From a virus (taxonomy: Duplodnaviria > Heunggongvirae > Uroviricota > Caudoviricetes), in IMG/VR virus record IMGVR_UViG_2875722834_000005, positions 1 to 49,359 of that record: DNA of 49,359 nt; one strand, given 5' to 3'. This document shows positions 47,385 through 49,359 of the stretch, in pieces (position 1 is the stretch's first letter; each line of letters starts with the position of its first letter). A program made the position numbers and the translations under genes. The notes beneath the pieces were generated by a model, which searched no databases, was not told the DNA's origin, and saw only the letters and a program-made list of their open reading frames with translations.

Positions 47385-47649
47385 TACCTGGTACGCCGAT
47401 CCCCACGGTGCGCCCTGCAAAATCCTCCGAGCTACCCACGAAGTCATCCACTACATCCGCAACGGCCGCACCTGCATCGCCAGTATGTGCCACTTTCAGC
47501 ATGAATTCGAGCCGCTGACAAAAGCACAGGCCGAACGGATCGCTGAAGCCGAGCGCATGCTTGCATCTTCAAAGCGTCACTTAGGCGATGAACTGCACGA
47601 TCAATTCAGCATCACCCTGGCGGATATGAAACCGGAATACGTGGCCTGA
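47362..47649 (+). CDS. Hypothetical protein (95 aa)
   Basis: ORF in operon context. Confidence 0.4.
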   Translation: MFRIIQPNTWYADPHGAPCKILRATHEVIHYIRNGRTCIASMCHFQHEFEPLTKAQAERIAEAERMLASSKRHLGDELHDQFSITLADMKPEYVA

Positions 47650-47687
47650 CGAGACCGGGAGGGGTAACCCTCCCTCAAGGAGATTAT

Positions 47688-47930
47688 ATGCGACTGATCA
47701 ATCGAGGAAGTAAGCAATCACCTTTAGCTCGCCAAGCATGCGACATCGCGCTGGCAGCTCACTTGCAAACATATGGCGACTATGGGCGAAGCAAGATGAA
47801 AGAGACTTATACGGTGAAGGTTGAAGGCGTGAAAGTCTGGGTGGAGGTGGTGAACCGAAAGGCGAGCTACGTGGCCACAGCGATGACCGGCATGCGCCGT
47901 CTCCGCTCCCTGCCCGGGCAGGTTGGTTGA
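47688..47930 (+). CDS. Hypothetical protein (80 aa)
   Basis: ORF in operon context. Confidence 0.4.
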   Translation: MRLINRGSKQSPLARQACDIALAAHLQTYGDYGRSKMKETYTVKVEGVKVWVEVVNRKASYVATAMTGMRRLRSLPGQVG

Positions 47931-48169
47931 AAAAGATTTTGAATGGCCCGAACGGGCAACTGGAGAGAGCTATGGATGATATTTTGGTAACGTCAGACCT
48001 GACCAGTCGCTACAAAATTTCACGCAAAACCCTTTGGTCATGGCAAAGTGCAGACACAATGCCTCGGGGCTTCGTATGCCCGTTCCCACCCCCTGACTGG
48101 CCCGGCAACCCTAACCGCTGGCGCTCTGAGTCAATCAAAGAGTGGGAGGATAAAAAGAAGATAAATTAA
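47927..48169 (+). CDS. xis: AlpA-family excisionase / DNA-binding regulator
   Basis: [24 protein letters not shown]...G..RW motif pattern of AlpA/Xis proteins; converges on the integrase gene. Confidence 0.7.
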
Positions 48170-49359
48170 CTGAAGGGCTCTCCGATGATCTCTTCAAGAT
48201 GGCTCTGCCAAACGCGGAGCCAGTGTTTCTGATCATCGATATAGTCATGAAGGTTGTAATGCGCCATAACCCCCACCATCTGATGCCCGAGCAGCTTTTC
48301 AATTACGTGCGGCGGGCAACCTAACTCAGAGAGATTTGTGGCTATCGTCCGCCTCATATCATGAAGCGACCACTCTGCCATACCTGTTCCATTCCAAATA
48401 GAACGGGCGTAATTGGATGCCACAGGTGAATGAACGGGCGAATCTTTGATCCCGCCATCAATTTTACGTTGTGAAGTCACCAGGTGATTGGTGTTTATTT
48501 TCTTGAGGTGATTTCTGACCAAGTTAACGGCGGCGTCTGAGAGCCCCCTTCTAATATGTACCCGAGTTTTATAACTGCCCGCAGGCACGACCCACTCATT
48601 ATCATCCAATCGAAACCATGATCTCTCACTAAGTCGAATCTCAGCCGTACGGCATCCGGTAAGCATAATAAATTTCACCAGGAAAACGGACTCTATCGAC
48701 ATATGGCTTTTCAACCACTGATAGATTTTGCGCAGATCGTCATCGTCCATCCTGCGAGTTCTCTTTTTAGGCTTTTGCCCGACATCAGATGGCAGTAATC
48801 CCTCGAGTGGGTTTGAGGCGATCACACTTCTGTTAACGCAGAACCTAAACGCCCGTTTGCACAGCGAAAGCATGTAATGAGCCATCACCCTGCTTTCTAT
48901 AGAATCGAAGACGTTGATCCAGTGCATTTTCGCTGTGTTATCGACTTTGACATTCTTCATCGGTTCGGCGATATGTTTCTCAAACACCTGGCGATAGTAA
49001 TCGACTTTAACTAGCCCGTTAGCGATACAGTGCCTTTCAATCCAGTAATTGAACGCTTCGGCAACGGACATCGCTTCCTGTCGGGTCTGCTTATCCAGCT
49101 TCACCTGCTCTCGCGGATCCAGTCCCTCAGTTAACCAGTTTCTGAATTGTTGGCGACGCTCTCTTGCCTGGGTGATACTCATTGCAGGATAATCACCAAC
49201 ATTGAGTTTTACCGCTTTACCGGCCCAGCGATACCGATAGAAAAATGATATTTTTCCGGCCTGGCTGATTCTGGCGTTGAGCCCGTGCGAATCAGAAATA
49301 ATCTCGATATCATCTCTTTTCTTGCCGAGCGCCTTCCTGAGCTTTGTGTCGGTGATCAT
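48166..49359 (-). CDS. int: Tyrosine integrase (phage integrase family); ATG coincides with the window edge
   Basis: 397 aa; C-terminal catalytic region with R..HDMRRT..LGH..Y pattern. Confidence 0.9.

Larger units (their letters stand above)
1064..49359. mobile_element. Lambdoid prophage (lambda-like head, tail, cos and immunity region); right end lies beyond the window
   Basis: Complete ordered set of lambda-like genes from tail fibre to integrase; left boundary inferred from truncated host genes. Confidence 0.85.

Overview
The window is almost entirely one lambda-like (lambdoid, siphovirus-type) prophage of an Enterobacteriaceae host, running from about position 1064 to beyond the right edge. 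Reading left to right: a serine DNA invertase (1-549, minus strand) and two truncated host gene remnants (isochorismatase-family YecD-like 3' end, DUF72/YecE-like 5' end) mark the left host/prophage junction at about 1064. Inside the prophage come SOS-linked cargo (DinI-like gene, frameshifted umuD-like remnant with a perfect LexA box), then on the minus strand the complete lambda-type tail module (tail fibre, Cor-like lipoprotein, J, I, K, L, M, H, G/G-T with frameshift site, V, U, Z), head module (FII, FI, E, D, C, B, W, terminase A and Nu1; several near-identical to lambda) and a lambda-like cos site at 24393-24404. Further right are an accessory block, the lysis cassette (two holin-like membrane proteins, GH19 endolysin, overlapping spanins), a ClpP/S49-like protease moron between Q and the lysis genes, a Q-position gene, the nin region, replication genes P and O (with ori iterons), a ClpX zinc-finger-like small protein, cII, cro, the operator/promoter region, cI on the plus strand, then a plus-strand early-left operon (gam, bet, exo, Dam methyltransferase, TraR-like, AlpA-type Xis) and a tyrosine integrase at the right edge. 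The most interesting candidate is a translationally coupled two-gene operon in the rexAB-equivalent position directly downstream of cI (38572-39980), encoding a minimal nucleotidyltransferase-fold protein plus a 310-aa partner with no recognisable family; I read it as a candidate undescribed exclusion/defence module. All assignments rest on reading the translated ORFs and the DNA by eye against remembered lambda protein sequences and motifs; no database search or computation was run, so identities and coordinates of small features are approximate.
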